From positions 1-58,082 of the forward strand of contig JAQVKD010000002.1 in the NCBI GenBank assembly GCA_028694805.1: a DNA stretch of 58,082 bases. The letters are read 5' to 3'. The notes beneath the pieces are model-generated. The model ran no database searches and had not been told where the DNA came from. It saw only the letters and a list, made by a program, of their open reading frames with translations. The stretch comes from Candidatus Dojkabacteria bacterium. GTDB lineage: Bacteria; Patescibacteriota; Dojkabacteria; SC72. Shown here one piece after another: positions 34,805 to 44,730 of this stretch (position 1 is the stretch's first letter; each line of letters starts with the position of its first letter). Both the position numbers and the translations under genes were made by a program.

Positions 34805-35155
34805 TTAAATCTTAATAACTTTCTTTTTAATTCTTTTTCCTATCTCTTCAGGATAGTCTACTTCTACAATCATGTATCTTAATATCTCTTGTTTTAACTC
34901 CAGCTGTCTTTTTATCTCAGCAATATTTTTTGGAAAAATACTAAAATTATAAACAATGTAATATGCTTCATTCTGACCAGCAATATCGTAAGCAAGATAT
35001 CTTTTACCCCAAACATCTACATCTAAAACCTCTCCTTTATCAGCTTCAACCATATCAACAAGATTTTTATGGATCTCTTTTCTTACCTCATCTGGTAACA
35101 GTGGCTTTAGTGCAATAATTAGCTCATAAACCCTTTTGTTCTCATCTTTAGCCAT
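34805..35155 (-). CDS. rpsF: 30S ribosomal protein S6
   Basis: RVYELIIALKP...VWGKRYLAYDI... plus synteny with ssb and rpsR. Confidence 0.9.
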   Translation of the reverse strand: MAKDENKRVYELIIALKPLLPDEVRKEIHKNLVDMVEADKGEVLDVDVWGKRYLAYDIAGQNEAYYIVYNFSIFPKNIAEIKRQLELKQEILRYMIVEVDYPEEIGKRIKKKVIKI

Positions 35156-35234
35156 TATCTATTCTTTTAATTTAAAATTATATTTAGCGAAAGGATTTTA
35201 ACAGAAACTAGGATAAAGTTCAACGTATAGATAT

Positions 35235-36332
35235 CTATTTATTAGCAAGAATAACTATATAATCACCATCGTTAACTATATAATCCTTTCCATGATTTTT
35301 TACTATCCCTTTATCTTTAGCATTTACCCATCCTCCCACATCTATCATCTCATCAACATTTACGACATCAGCCGTTATAAAACCATTTTCTAAATCAGTA
35401 TGTATTACACCTGCAGCTTCTTTTACATTTGCACCTTTCTCTATAGTCCAAGAGTTGCACTCTTTTTGAGAACCTGTATAAAAGGTTAACAGATTTAATC
35501 TTTTATATGCCATCATAATTACATCATTTACTGCCATTGGTGTATATCCAAGTAATTCTGAATACTCCTCAGGATTATCCATCTCCCCTATTAGTTTTAC
35601 ATCAACCCTTAGGATATATTCTTCATTTCCAGCCACAAACTTTTTCAATTCGCTTTCCCATTTATCTAAATCTTCCTGTGCTACACCCTCTTTACAATTT
35701 AGTATAAACATTCTTGGTTTTGATGTAAGAAGGAAAAGATCTAATATCAAAGAATTTTCCTCACTATTCAAATTCATATCTATTACAGGAATACCTTTAT
35801 CAAGATTCTCTAAAACCTTCTCTAAAGCTTCTTTTTCAAGTTGAGATTCTTTATTCCCAACTCTTGCCGTTTTCTCCACAGAATGTAGTCTCTTATCTAC
35901 ACTCTCAATATCTTTTAATATTAACTCTGATTGAACTATTTCAAAATCATCTATTGGGTTTACTCTATCGTATACATGAACTATTTCGCTACTTGGAAAT
36001 GCTCTTAACACATACATAATTACATCAACCTCTCTAATATGAGAAAGAAATTGATTACCAAGGCCCTCTCCTTTGGAAGCACCTTTTACTAAACCTGCAA
36101 TATCTACGAATGTCATCGCTGAAGGCACTCTTTTCTCTGTTTTAAAAAAGTTACTTAACCTATCCAATCTATCATCTGGAATTTCTATAACTCCAACATT
36201 TTTATCTATTGTACAGAAAGGAAAATTCTCTGCTGGTACACTCTTTTTTGTAAGGGCATTAAATACTGTAGATTTCCCAGCATTTGGTAATCCCACAATT
36301 CCTACCGATAAAGTATGTGATTTAGTTATCAT
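35235..36332 (-). CDS. ychF: Ribosome-binding ATPase YchF
   Basis: The G1 motif is GIVGLPNAGKSTVFNALT. DIAGLVKGAS and the C-terminal TGS-like AAGVIHTDLENGFITADV are present. The start is taken at the second ATG (MITKSHTL...); the ORF track begins 30 nt upstream at 36362. Confidence 0.9.
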   Translation of the reverse strand: MITKSHTLSVGIVGLPNAGKSTVFNALTKKSVPAENFPFCTIDKNVGVIEIPDDRLDRLSNFFKTEKRVPSAMTFVDIAGLVKGASKGEGLGNQFLSHIREVDVIMYVLRAFPSSEIVHVYDRVNPIDDFEIVQSELILKDIESVDKRLHSVEKTARVGNKESQLEKEALEKVLENLDKGIPVIDMNLNSEENSLILDLFLLTSKPRMFILNCKEGVAQEDLDKWESELKKFVAGNEEYILRVDVKLIGEMDNPEEYSELLGYTPMAVNDVIMMAYKRLNLLTFYTGSQKECNSWTIEKGANVKEAAGVIHTDLENGFITADVVNVDEMIDVGGWVNAKDKGIVKNHGKDYIVNDGDYIVILANK

Positions 36333-36389
36333 AATAGGGATAATAACATAAAATTCACACATTGTTTATAAACATGTTATTATTTAAAC

Positions 36390-38225
36390 ATGAAAAAATT
36401 GATATACGCCCTATTACTAATCCCTCTAATCTTCAACCCATCTATAGTAAAAGCTGCAAGCTATGATTTTGAGATTGAGAGCAATATGGAGATTAAATAT
36501 GTAAAGAATACTGATTATGTTACTGTAACTATTGAATATATTAGAGAGGTAAATAATAGTAGTTACTATTTTCCTGCTACTGGAGATAAGACATTCCCTA
36601 TCCCAGATCTCTCTTCACAAACAGAAAATCAAATTACAGCAGAGAGAGAATTTAAAAAAGATTCAATTACAGTTAAAGATTCTTCTGGAAAGAAAGTAAA
36701 TTTTTCAATAGAGGACCAAGATGATAGTATAGATATTATAGTTCCAAACTATAAAGAAACAACAAGAACATTACCATATAAAATATATATTACTTACAAT
36801 ACACACGATTATGTTCAAGTAGTTAACCAAAATGTCGTTATACAAGCACCATCATTACCAGAAGATACTGAATTTGAAATGACTCATGAAGATACAGGAA
36901 CCGAGACTAAGGTTAGTTATAATCTAGATATTTTAGTAGATAAAGATCTTCAAGATTTATCAAAGATCTGGCCTACAACATACTCATTTGATGAAGGTGA
37001 AGATTTCAATACATATACATTTTCCCAAGATTCTAGACTTGGAAAGAATCCATATTTAGAGTTCGGAACATCGCAAATATATAGATTTGAGTTATCTTAT
37101 ACCACTCCTCAAACAGATTCTTTTATACCAGAGAGTTACTCAAAATTACTTGGGAATATTTCAAAGAACATATTTGAGCTATCGCTACCAAGATATTTTG
37201 ACGAAACTAATCAGACAGTAAAAATCGAATCTATATCACCTACTCCAACAAAAATAGGTGTAGATTCTGAGGGAAACATAATTGTAACTTTCGAGGTAGA
37301 TGCAAATAAGGAGAGTACAATATCCGTGACTGGATATATCTTGGTAAGTCAAGATCCTTTAGAGGATAAAACGGAGATTCCAAATCCATCAATTTCGGAA
37401 TATACATCTGTAATTTCAGCAGATACTGATCTGTCTAAATATTTAACCGAAACTCAATATTGGGAGGTTAATGATTCATATGTACAAGATGAGGCAAATA
37501 ATATAAAAAGTGGTGAGACAAATGTTCTAGATCTAATAAAAGCTGATTATAGATATATAAATGAAAAATTAGAATATGACCAAACAAAAGCAGATTCTAC
37601 AAATGACAGAATTGGTGCTAAACAGGCCTTACAAGGAGAATCTTCTGTATGTATGGAATATGCAGATGCAATGATTACAATACTGAGAGCACAGGGTATA
37701 GCTGCTAGAGCAGCGATAGGATATGCAAATTTAAGAGAGGCTTCTGATACACCAACTTCACAAGTTAGACATCAGTGGGTACAGGTATGGCTACCTGATT
37801 ATGGATGGCTATCCATAGACCCTACATGGGAGAGTGAGAACATGGATATAGGACAAAATATTCATAAAATATTATGGGAGACCTTTAATGATGATGAGCT
37901 TTCAAATACTCGTATATATTCTGCAGATTCTCTAGATAGTATAAATAACATAGAGTTTAATATCTCTGTGTATGCAGTTGATGAAAGTGATATCGAGAGT
38001 ATTGATACTCTAAAAACTTATGAAGAGATTCTACCAATAGAAGAAATTGATAATGGTAATAATATTGGTGATTGGTTGAATAAATTTATTAAAGCAAGCA
38101 CAATTGGTAGATCAGTTGCTATAGTATTACCAATACTTTTAATAATAGTATTCCTTATTATAATTACAACAGTAATAAGAATTGTAATAAAGAAGATAAA
38201 AAAGAACAAAAACAAGAAGATCTAA
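36390..38225 (+). CDS. Secreted, C-terminally anchored transglutaminase-like (cysteine protease fold) protein
   Basis: It has a signal peptide, a ~400-aa beta-rich region, and a transglutaminase core: SSVCMEYADAMITILRAQGIAARAAIGY (Cys), HQWVQVW (His) and SIDPT (Asp). A terminal TM and KKIKKNKNKK tail follow. Confidence 0.75.
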   Translation: MKKLIYALLLIPLIFNPSIVKAASYDFEIESNMEIKYVKNTDYVTVTIEYIREVNNSSYYFPATGDKTFPIPDLSSQTENQITAEREFKKDSITVKDSSGKKVNFSIEDQDDSIDIIVPNYKETTRTLPYKIYITYNTHDYVQVVNQNVVIQAPSLPEDTEFEMTHEDTGTETKVSYNLDILVDKDLQDLSKIWPTTYSFDEGEDFNTYTFSQDSRLGKNPYLEFGTSQIYRFELSYTTPQTDSFIPESYSKLLGNISKNIFELSLPRYFDETNQTVKIESISPTPTKIGVDSEGNIIVTFEVDANKESTISVTGYILVSQDPLEDKTEIPNPSISEYTSVISADTDLSKYLTETQYWEVNDSYVQDEANNIKSGETNVLDLIKADYRYINEKLEYDQTKADSTNDRIGAKQALQGESSVCMEYADAMITILRAQGIAARAAIGYANLREASDTPTSQVRHQWVQVWLPDYGWLSIDPTWESENMDIGQNIHKILWETFNDDELSNTRIYSADSLDSINNIEFNISVYAVDESDIESIDTLKTYEEILPIEEIDNGNNIGDWLNKFIKASTIGRSVAIVLPILLIIVFLIIITTVIRIVIKKIKKNKNKKI

Positions 38226-39733
38226 TAGATCTCCCAAGTATTTTCTATATCACAAATTTCTTGACCGTTTTTTAATCTCGATTCTGTTTCAGAGTACATA
38301 GTTGCTATTACTTCACCCTTCTTTACGGTATCTCCAACATTTTTATTAAGATATATTCCAGCTTCTTTTATCTTAGGTGTTCCTAAGGCCCTAGCAATAT
38401 CGACAATTCCTCTTGTATTTATACTAACTATCTTTCCTTCTTTAACAGATTTTATTTCCGAAGAGAATTTACCTATTTCTATATCGTCAGAAGATAAAAT
38501 CTTATCTTGTCCTTGAGCTTTAGCTATTTCCCAGAATTTATCAAGAGCCTTCTTCTCTTGTAGTACCTGCTCTGCCAGTTTTCTTCCATCCCCTTTCTTT
38601 GCTCTACCACTCTCCTCTAAAAGGATCTCTGCCATATCTAAGACAGTTTCTTCTAAACTAATAGATCTATTATCACTTTGCTCCAATATCCTTAAAGCCT
38701 CTCTAATTTCTAGAGCTGGTCCTACTCCATTTCCCTCAGGACCTTTTATCTGTCTTCTAATAGTAAAACAGTTAATACCAACTTTTGAGAACAATTTCTT
38801 AAATTCTCTCTCTAGAAATTCTAGGTCATCTGGTCTATCTAGTTTAGTATTCTTACCATATGGAAGATCTATCAATACATAGGTAGTACCCATTGCTAAT
38901 TTCTTTGCAACAATACTAACTAACACCTTCTGAAATTCTTGGATACGAAGGGACCTTTCAACATTTATAATTTCATCATCTGCTGGAGCGAGATATAAAG
39001 ATCCTCCCCATATAAGACATGCACCTGTTTCTTTAACAACTTCATATACCTGTTTTTCCTGTATAGCTACAGGCATAACAACTTCTAAAATATCACTCGT
39101 TCCTGCTGGAGAAGTAATTGCTCTTGTTGAAGTGTTTGGACATACAAGATCGCTTGCAGCAAGTATAGATACTAATATTGGAGTTACTCCCTTACCAGCT
39201 GTGCCCCCTATTGAGTGCTTATCTACTACAACATCTCCATTACCTTTTATATCTTTAAAATTTAATGTCCTACCAGAATTTGCCATTGCTTTAGTCATCC
39301 AATATATTTCATCTTCAGTAAAGCCTGGATTAAAAAATGTACTGACAAAAAATGCGACCTCAGTTTCTCTTAATTTCCTATTACCAATGTCTTCCATAAT
39401 TGATTGAAGGTCTTCCTCAGTAAGCTTTCCTCCCTCCATTTTTCTCCTTATAGCATCCAAAGATTTCGTAGGCTTAGGAATGTCCAAAAAAATTCTTCTA
39501 TTCACAGGAGCAAATCTTTCATCTACAAGTTCTTCATATAAACCAATCTCCCCTTCTTTAACCTTAGTATCAGTTAATATAACCTTTACATACATCTCTG
39601 TGTCCCTATACCCAAGGAAGGCCATATCACCATCTTTTAAACCTAAGCGGTCTGCATCTTTTTTATTAAGTACGATATATAAGTCCTTTCCACCTTCTAG
39701 ATCTAGTTTTTTACTTTTTAAATATAGTCCCAT
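38222..39733 (-). CDS. AMP phosphorylase (archaeal-type thymidine phosphorylase family, DeoA-like)
   Basis: 503 aa, about 60-80 aa longer at the N-terminus than bacterial thymidine phosphorylase. DKHSIGGTAGKGVTP and TSTRAITSPAGTSD are family motifs. It is adjacent to an e2b2-type isomerase. Confidence 0.7.
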   Translation of the reverse strand: MGLYLKSKKLDLEGGKDLYIVLNKKDADRLGLKDGDMAFLGYRDTEMYVKVILTDTKVKEGEIGLYEELVDERFAPVNRRIFLDIPKPTKSLDAIRRKMEGGKLTEEDLQSIMEDIGNRKLRETEVAFFVSTFFNPGFTEDEIYWMTKAMANSGRTLNFKDIKGNGDVVVDKHSIGGTAGKGVTPILVSILAASDLVCPNTSTRAITSPAGTSDILEVVMPVAIQEKQVYEVVKETGACLIWGGSLYLAPADDEIINVERSLRIQEFQKVLVSIVAKKLAMGTTYVLIDLPYGKNTKLDRPDDLEFLEREFKKLFSKVGINCFTIRRQIKGPEGNGVGPALEIREALRILEQSDNRSISLEETVLDMAEILLEESGRAKKGDGRKLAEQVLQEKKALDKFWEIAKAQGQDKILSSDDIEIGKFSSEIKSVKEGKIVSINTRGIVDIARALGTPKIKEAGIYLNKNVGDTVKKGEVIATMYSETESRLKNGQEICDIENTWEIY

Positions 39734-39750
39734 ATGTTTTTATTTTTAAT

Positions 39751-40710
39751 TTACATTACATAAGTTTTTCTAAAAAATAGCCATGGATATTCTTTACGAA
39801 CTAAACTGCCAATTTCTTCTGGCTTTAGAATTCCTAATTCTGTTATAAAGCCACTAATTAGACTAGAATCCACAACCTCAAATGCTGGATTATACATCTC
39901 TAGATTTCTTGGGGCATCAGCCCAAAGTTCTTTATCTTCTCTAACTTCTATTTTTATTTCATGATAAGCAGAATCATGATCAATTTTCAGTAATGGAGTT
40001 ACGACATATATTGGCTTTCCTGCTTGATGTGCTGCCATAGCAATACCCCAACTTCCTATTTTGTTAATGCAGTGTCCCCTCATAGTAATAGCATCACACC
40101 CTATAAAAACCTCTGAAACGGATTTACTACCACGACCTATGATAAAGGACTCTGCAGCGCTATCAGCTATAAGAGTTGTATTAATACCTGCATCTAATAG
40201 CTCTATCGCTGTTTTTCTACCCTGATATCTAGGACGTGTTTCTGTACATACTGCTGTAAAATCTTTATCACCCTCAGAGATACCTTTTATTAAATTTACT
40301 GCAGTAGAAGAATGACAATGAGTAAGTACATGATCTACCTGTTGTAATTTAGGAACATTTAATTCAAGTATTTTCTTTTTATCATCTTCTATTTTCTGTA
40401 GAAATTCATCACATAGTTCCTTAAAAAGTTGCTTTTCATCTTCTACTGGGAATCTGTATATAGCCCTTTCTTCAAACAAATATTGTACATACAAGACACC
40501 GTTTTGTGCTAATGGTTCATTTGGTCTTGCATATGCTAAATAGTTCCCTACTTCGATAACATAGTTTAAGAGTTCCTTTGATGCATGATGATTTAATTTA
40601 AGAGCTTCTTTCATACCTTCAAATGTCGCGATAGCAACATCAGTAGCACCCTGTACTTTCAAATCCTTAATATCTTGATAAATTTTTTCGATAACTTTTG
40701 GATATTTCAT
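39751..40710 (-). CDS. Ribose-1,5-bisphosphate isomerase (eIF-2B alpha/beta/delta-like, e2b2)
   Basis: 319 aa. VLTHCHSSTAVN, TETRPRYQGRKTA, IGCDAIT and INKIGS are IF-2B family motifs. The call is supported by adjacency to the AMP phosphorylase. Confidence 0.7.
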   Translation of the reverse strand: MKYPKVIEKIYQDIKDLKVQGATDVAIATFEGMKEALKLNHHASKELLNYVIEVGNYLAYARPNEPLAQNGVLYVQYLFEERAIYRFPVEDEKQLFKELCDEFLQKIEDDKKKILELNVPKLQQVDHVLTHCHSSTAVNLIKGISEGDKDFTAVCTETRPRYQGRKTAIELLDAGINTTLIADSAAESFIIGRGSKSVSEVFIGCDAITMRGHCINKIGSWGIAMAAHQAGKPIYVVTPLLKIDHDSAYHEIKIEVREDKELWADAPRNLEMYNPAFEVVDSSLISGFITELGILKPEEIGSLVRKEYPWLFFRKTYVM

Positions 40711-40712
40711 TT

Positions 40713-42116
40713 TTATTTAAGCTCAAATTCTTCATTCATTTCAGGAACTTTTGCACTCAGATCTAATTCTGTTTTTACATTATTTGCAAAACCTATCGCA
40801 ATCTCCTTATCACCATGTGTTATAAATACCATTTTGGGTGAACGTCCAAAACCTCTAAGCCAATATCTTAAATCCCTTTGATCACCATGGGCAGAGAATC
40901 CTCCTAAAGTATGAACATGAGCATTGACCTCTATTTTATCACCAAAGATTTCAACAACAGGCTCACCTTCAACTAATCTTCTCCCTAAAGTCCCTTCTAC
41001 TTGATAACCAACAATTACAACATTTGTTTTAGGATTCTCTAAATTATTTTTAAGATGATGTAAAATTCTTCCTCCAGTACACATTCCACTTCCAGCAATT
41101 ATTACAATACCATGTTTATCAATTAGTCTTTTCGAATCTTCAACTGACTCTGTTATATGGAATCCTGGGAATTGGAACGGATCATCACCTTTTTCGAGTA
41201 ATCTTCTTGCATCTTCATCATAGAAATTTGGGTACATCTTAAATATTTCAGTTGCTTTTGATGCCATAGGGCTATCTAAATATACATCTACATTCTCAAG
41301 CAGCTTATTTTCTATAAATAGATTGAGTTCATAAAGTAGTTCCTGCGTTCTTTCAATAGCAAATGATGGGATTAGAACATTACCTCCACTCTCTTTTGCT
41401 TGTTTAAGAACAGATAGTAATTCTAAAAGAGTTTCATCTTTATTTTTATGTAATCTGTTACCATATGTAGATTCACAAACTACATAATCTGCCTCTCTTA
41501 CAAAGTCAGGATCTCTTATAATCCTTGCTCCTGGTTGTCCAAGATCTCCAGAAAATACAATTTTTCTATCTCTCCCAGCTTCTGTTTTTAGCCATAACTC
41601 AAACATAGCAGAACCTAAAATATGACCTGCATCACGCATTCTAAATTCTAAGCCTTCTTTTAGTTTGACAGAATTTCCATATGGATAAATTTCAAATAGA
41701 TCCATTGTGGCTTCTACATCAGATTCTGAATATAGTGGTCTGTTTCTTTCTATCAATTCCGGATTATCAGATTCTTTTGCTCTTACTTCCCATCTTTCGA
41801 AATCCTCTTGTTGTAATTTGGCCGAATCTAATAGAACTAACTTTGTTAAATCTCTTGTCGGCTGAGTTGATATTATCCTTCCATGAAATCCCTGTTTTAT
41901 AAGGATTGGCAATCTTCCACAGTGATCATAGTGAGCATGGGTCAAGAAAATATAATCTATTGTTGAGGGGTCAAAAGGAAATGGTTCTCTATTCTTTTCA
42001 TAAGAATCGATTCCTTGGAATGCACCGCAATCAACTACAAATTTCGTCTCTCCATTATCTATAAGATAACAAGATCCTGTTACTGTACGGGCCGCACCAC
42101 AAAACTTTATCTTCAT
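40713..42116 (-). CDS. MBL-fold beta-CASP ribonuclease (CPSF/RNase J-like)
   Basis: MKIKFCGAARTVTGSC, LTHAHYDHCGRLP, the beta-CASP region and the C-terminal GFSAHGDQRDL plus ITHGD are present. Confidence 0.8.
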   Translation of the reverse strand: MKIKFCGAARTVTGSCYLIDNGETKFVVDCGAFQGIDSYEKNREPFPFDPSTIDYIFLTHAHYDHCGRLPILIKQGFHGRIISTQPTRDLTKLVLLDSAKLQQEDFERWEVRAKESDNPELIERNRPLYSESDVEATMDLFEIYPYGNSVKLKEGLEFRMRDAGHILGSAMFELWLKTEAGRDRKIVFSGDLGQPGARIIRDPDFVREADYVVCESTYGNRLHKNKDETLLELLSVLKQAKESGGNVLIPSFAIERTQELLYELNLFIENKLLENVDVYLDSPMASKATEIFKMYPNFYDEDARRLLEKGDDPFQFPGFHITESVEDSKRLIDKHGIVIIAGSGMCTGGRILHHLKNNLENPKTNVVIVGYQVEGTLGRRLVEGEPVVEIFGDKIEVNAHVHTLGGFSAHGDQRDLRYWLRGFGRSPKMVFITHGDKEIAIGFANNVKTELDLSAKVPEMNEEFELK

Positions 42117-42151
42117 TTAGGCAGTTTTTCTACATATTATTAGTATATATA

Positions 42152-43570
42152 TTACAACATCTTACGAACCTCTTCCAGTAAAATATTTTTTTCGTTTTTT
42201 AGAGGGTCTTCTATAACAATATCAAGAAGTTTATCTAAGATATCTCCCATTTCAGGCCCTCTCGGGATCCCTACTTTAGCTAAATCATCCCCTGTTATTT
42301 TTAAGTCTGAAACGGTAAGAGCCATATCTTCCTGTAAAACTTTTGATATATGAGCTTGTAGATCTGCAATTTCTTTTGGATCATATTCAGAAGATGGGTT
42401 TGACATAGCATCAGCCAATCTTAGCCTAAATAGATCTTCAATATTTTCTTCTCCAACTCTTTTTAAGAATCTTCTTACAGCAGCATCTGTCCATTCATTT
42501 AACTTAAGACTCTCTTTTTCTTCTTCATCCATTTCATCTGTAATGTGAGGATAGTAAAACATATGATTTTGAATTAACTTTTTCGCTTTTTCAATCTCTA
42601 TATTAGGAAATTTAAGTCGTTTCATAATGTTTTCAACCATATTTGCACCTAATGTGTCATGCCCATAGAAATGTCCATCTTTTGTATCTGTATCAACTTT
42701 CCCTATATCATGAAGTAAAGCAATAAACTTCACACTATCCTCGGCAATATCACATGTACGTATGGAATGTTCATAGACATCATATGTATGAAAAAGCTTC
42801 TGCTCTACTCCCACTGTGTCAACTAACTCAGGCAAAAATATTTTCAAAATTCCAGTATCTTTTAATAGGTTAATGCCTTTTGATGGTTTAGGAGATTTTA
42901 AGAGTAATTTCATAAACTCATCTCTAATACGTTCCATAGAGACCATTTCAACAACCGGAATAGATTTCTTAATTGCTTCAAATGTTTCTTCCTCGATATC
43001 AAAATCTAATTGACTTGCTAATCTACAAGCTCTCATAGCACGTAGACCATCCTCCTTAAACCTCTCTATTGGAGTACCAACCGCTCTAACTAATTTCATA
43101 TTAAGATCTGTTAATCCATTAAAAGGATCGTAAATCTCTACCGTTTGCTCTTCTATATTTCCACTTAAATCTAATTGCGATAGATCTATTGCCATAGCAT
43201 TAAATGTAAAATCTCTTCTCCCGAGATCTTTATCTACTTCTACTACAAATTCTACAGAACTAGGCCATCTTCCATCAACATACTCCTCTTCGCTTCTAAA
43301 CGTAGTAACCTCCACTTCATGAATCTCTCCTTTATCATCCGGACTTAAAGAAAGAATTGTTCCAAATTGTGCACCAACAGCAACAGATTTAGGGAACATT
43401 TCGATCATCTCATCTGGCAAAGCATCCGTAGCTAAATCATAGTCATGTGGTTCATTGCCTAAAACAATATCTTTAACAGCACCACCTACAAGATATGCTT
43501 GGAATCCTTCATTAACCAATATTCTTGCTGTTTTTTGTACGTAATCAGGAATTTTAGCTTGTAATTTCAT
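42152..43570 (-). CDS. cca: CCA-adding enzyme / tRNA nucleotidyltransferase with an HD domain
   Basis: YLVGGAVKDIVLG..HDYDLAT and RRDFTFNAMA are present. The HD domain is LLHDIGK...GHD. Confidence 0.85.
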   Translation of the reverse strand: MKLQAKIPDYVQKTARILVNEGFQAYLVGGAVKDIVLGNEPHDYDLATDALPDEMIEMFPKSVAVGAQFGTILSLSPDDKGEIHEVEVTTFRSEEEYVDGRWPSSVEFVVEVDKDLGRRDFTFNAMAIDLSQLDLSGNIEEQTVEIYDPFNGLTDLNMKLVRAVGTPIERFKEDGLRAMRACRLASQLDFDIEEETFEAIKKSIPVVEMVSMERIRDEFMKLLLKSPKPSKGINLLKDTGILKIFLPELVDTVGVEQKLFHTYDVYEHSIRTCDIAEDSVKFIALLHDIGKVDTDTKDGHFYGHDTLGANMVENIMKRLKFPNIEIEKAKKLIQNHMFYYPHITDEMDEEEKESLKLNEWTDAAVRRFLKRVGEENIEDLFRLRLADAMSNPSSEYDPKEIADLQAHISKVLQEDMALTVSDLKITGDDLAKVGIPRGPEMGDILDKLLDIVIEDPLKNEKNILLEEVRKML

Positions 43571-44670
43571 AGTACTTTAAGATTATCAACTATATTTGGT
43601 TTTATCAATCCTATGAATCTACTAAAAATATTATCTTGATAGGATGTTATAGGAAGAATCTCTATATCTAAAAGATCGCTCCAATATTCCTCATCTGTAA
43701 TTTCCGGGAGATCAATATATCCAATCATGTCTTCTGTAGTATAAATATATGGCAATCTTGTTATACAAAAACTTTCTACATCTGGTTGAGCTCTTGATCC
43801 AACTATCCAATCATCACCTATTTTATTAAATACTGTTATAGAATCAGGATTAATATATCCAGACCATGGCGATCCATATATCCCACAAACCATTTTTATA
43901 TTTGGATTTTTAATTCTCATTGGGCCACAATTTACCTCATTACCTACAAGATCACACTGTTTATATACTGAGACAGTAAATTCCTCATATGATTCAAAAT
44001 CCATTCTAATATCAACACTTCCCGAGTAATTTATTAATACATCATTCAAATATTGACTAACTGTACTTCTAACCGTAAAAGTAACCTTAGAAGTGTATTC
44101 ACTCATATATTCAATTTCATAATCGGTTATCTCAACTGGCAATTTAACAGTTAAAGTTTCTATTACTACAGAGCCGCTAGACTGTGAAGATATTAATCCT
44201 ACCCCATCTACTTCTAAATATTTTCCACCTTTATTTAGGGAATCTGTATAAATTACACCATCTTCGAATCCGATATCTGAAAGAATTTCAGTAAGATCTC
44301 CACGATACGTTATTTGTCTACTTAATGGAATACGAATCGATTCAATATCTAACTCTTCTGATGTGTTATTATACCAGTAGTAACCCACATCCACAGTTGA
44401 GAGAGGTCTAACAGTAACTCTTTCATATTTATTATATATTCTTGTCTCAAGTTCATTTGTTGTTAAATCGTTAATTGCAGTATTAAATAGTATATCATCA
44501 GTATATTCTCCACGAATCTCATATGGAGTTCTATACAATTTAACCTTATCATCTTCTACTTCATCAATACTAAAAGAGATTGTACTGTAGAATTTATCTT
44601 CTAATGCATAGGCAACTTGTGGGAGAAATATATTCAAAACAAAAAAGATTATTACAAAAATTTTCTTCAT
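43567..44670 (-). CDS. Secreted hypothetical protein
   Basis: 367 aa with the signal peptide MKKIFVIIFFVLNIFLPQVAYA. It overlaps the cca start by 4 nt. Confidence 0.55.
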   Translation of the reverse strand: MKKIFVIIFFVLNIFLPQVAYALEDKFYSTISFSIDEVEDDKVKLYRTPYEIRGEYTDDILFNTAINDLTTNELETRIYNKYERVTVRPLSTVDVGYYWYNNTSEELDIESIRIPLSRQITYRGDLTEILSDIGFEDGVIYTDSLNKGGKYLEVDGVGLISSQSSGSVVIETLTVKLPVEITDYEIEYMSEYTSKVTFTVRSTVSQYLNDVLINYSGSVDIRMDFESYEEFTVSVYKQCDLVGNEVNCGPMRIKNPNIKMVCGIYGSPWSGYINPDSITVFNKIGDDWIVGSRAQPDVESFCITRLPYIYTTEDMIGYIDLPEITDEEYWSDLLDIEILPITSYQDNIFSRFIGLIKPNIVDNLKVL

Positions 44671-44730
44671 TTAAACTTGTATTATTTTATTAATACAATC
44701 TTATCCAAAATATATGAAAAAATTATTAAT

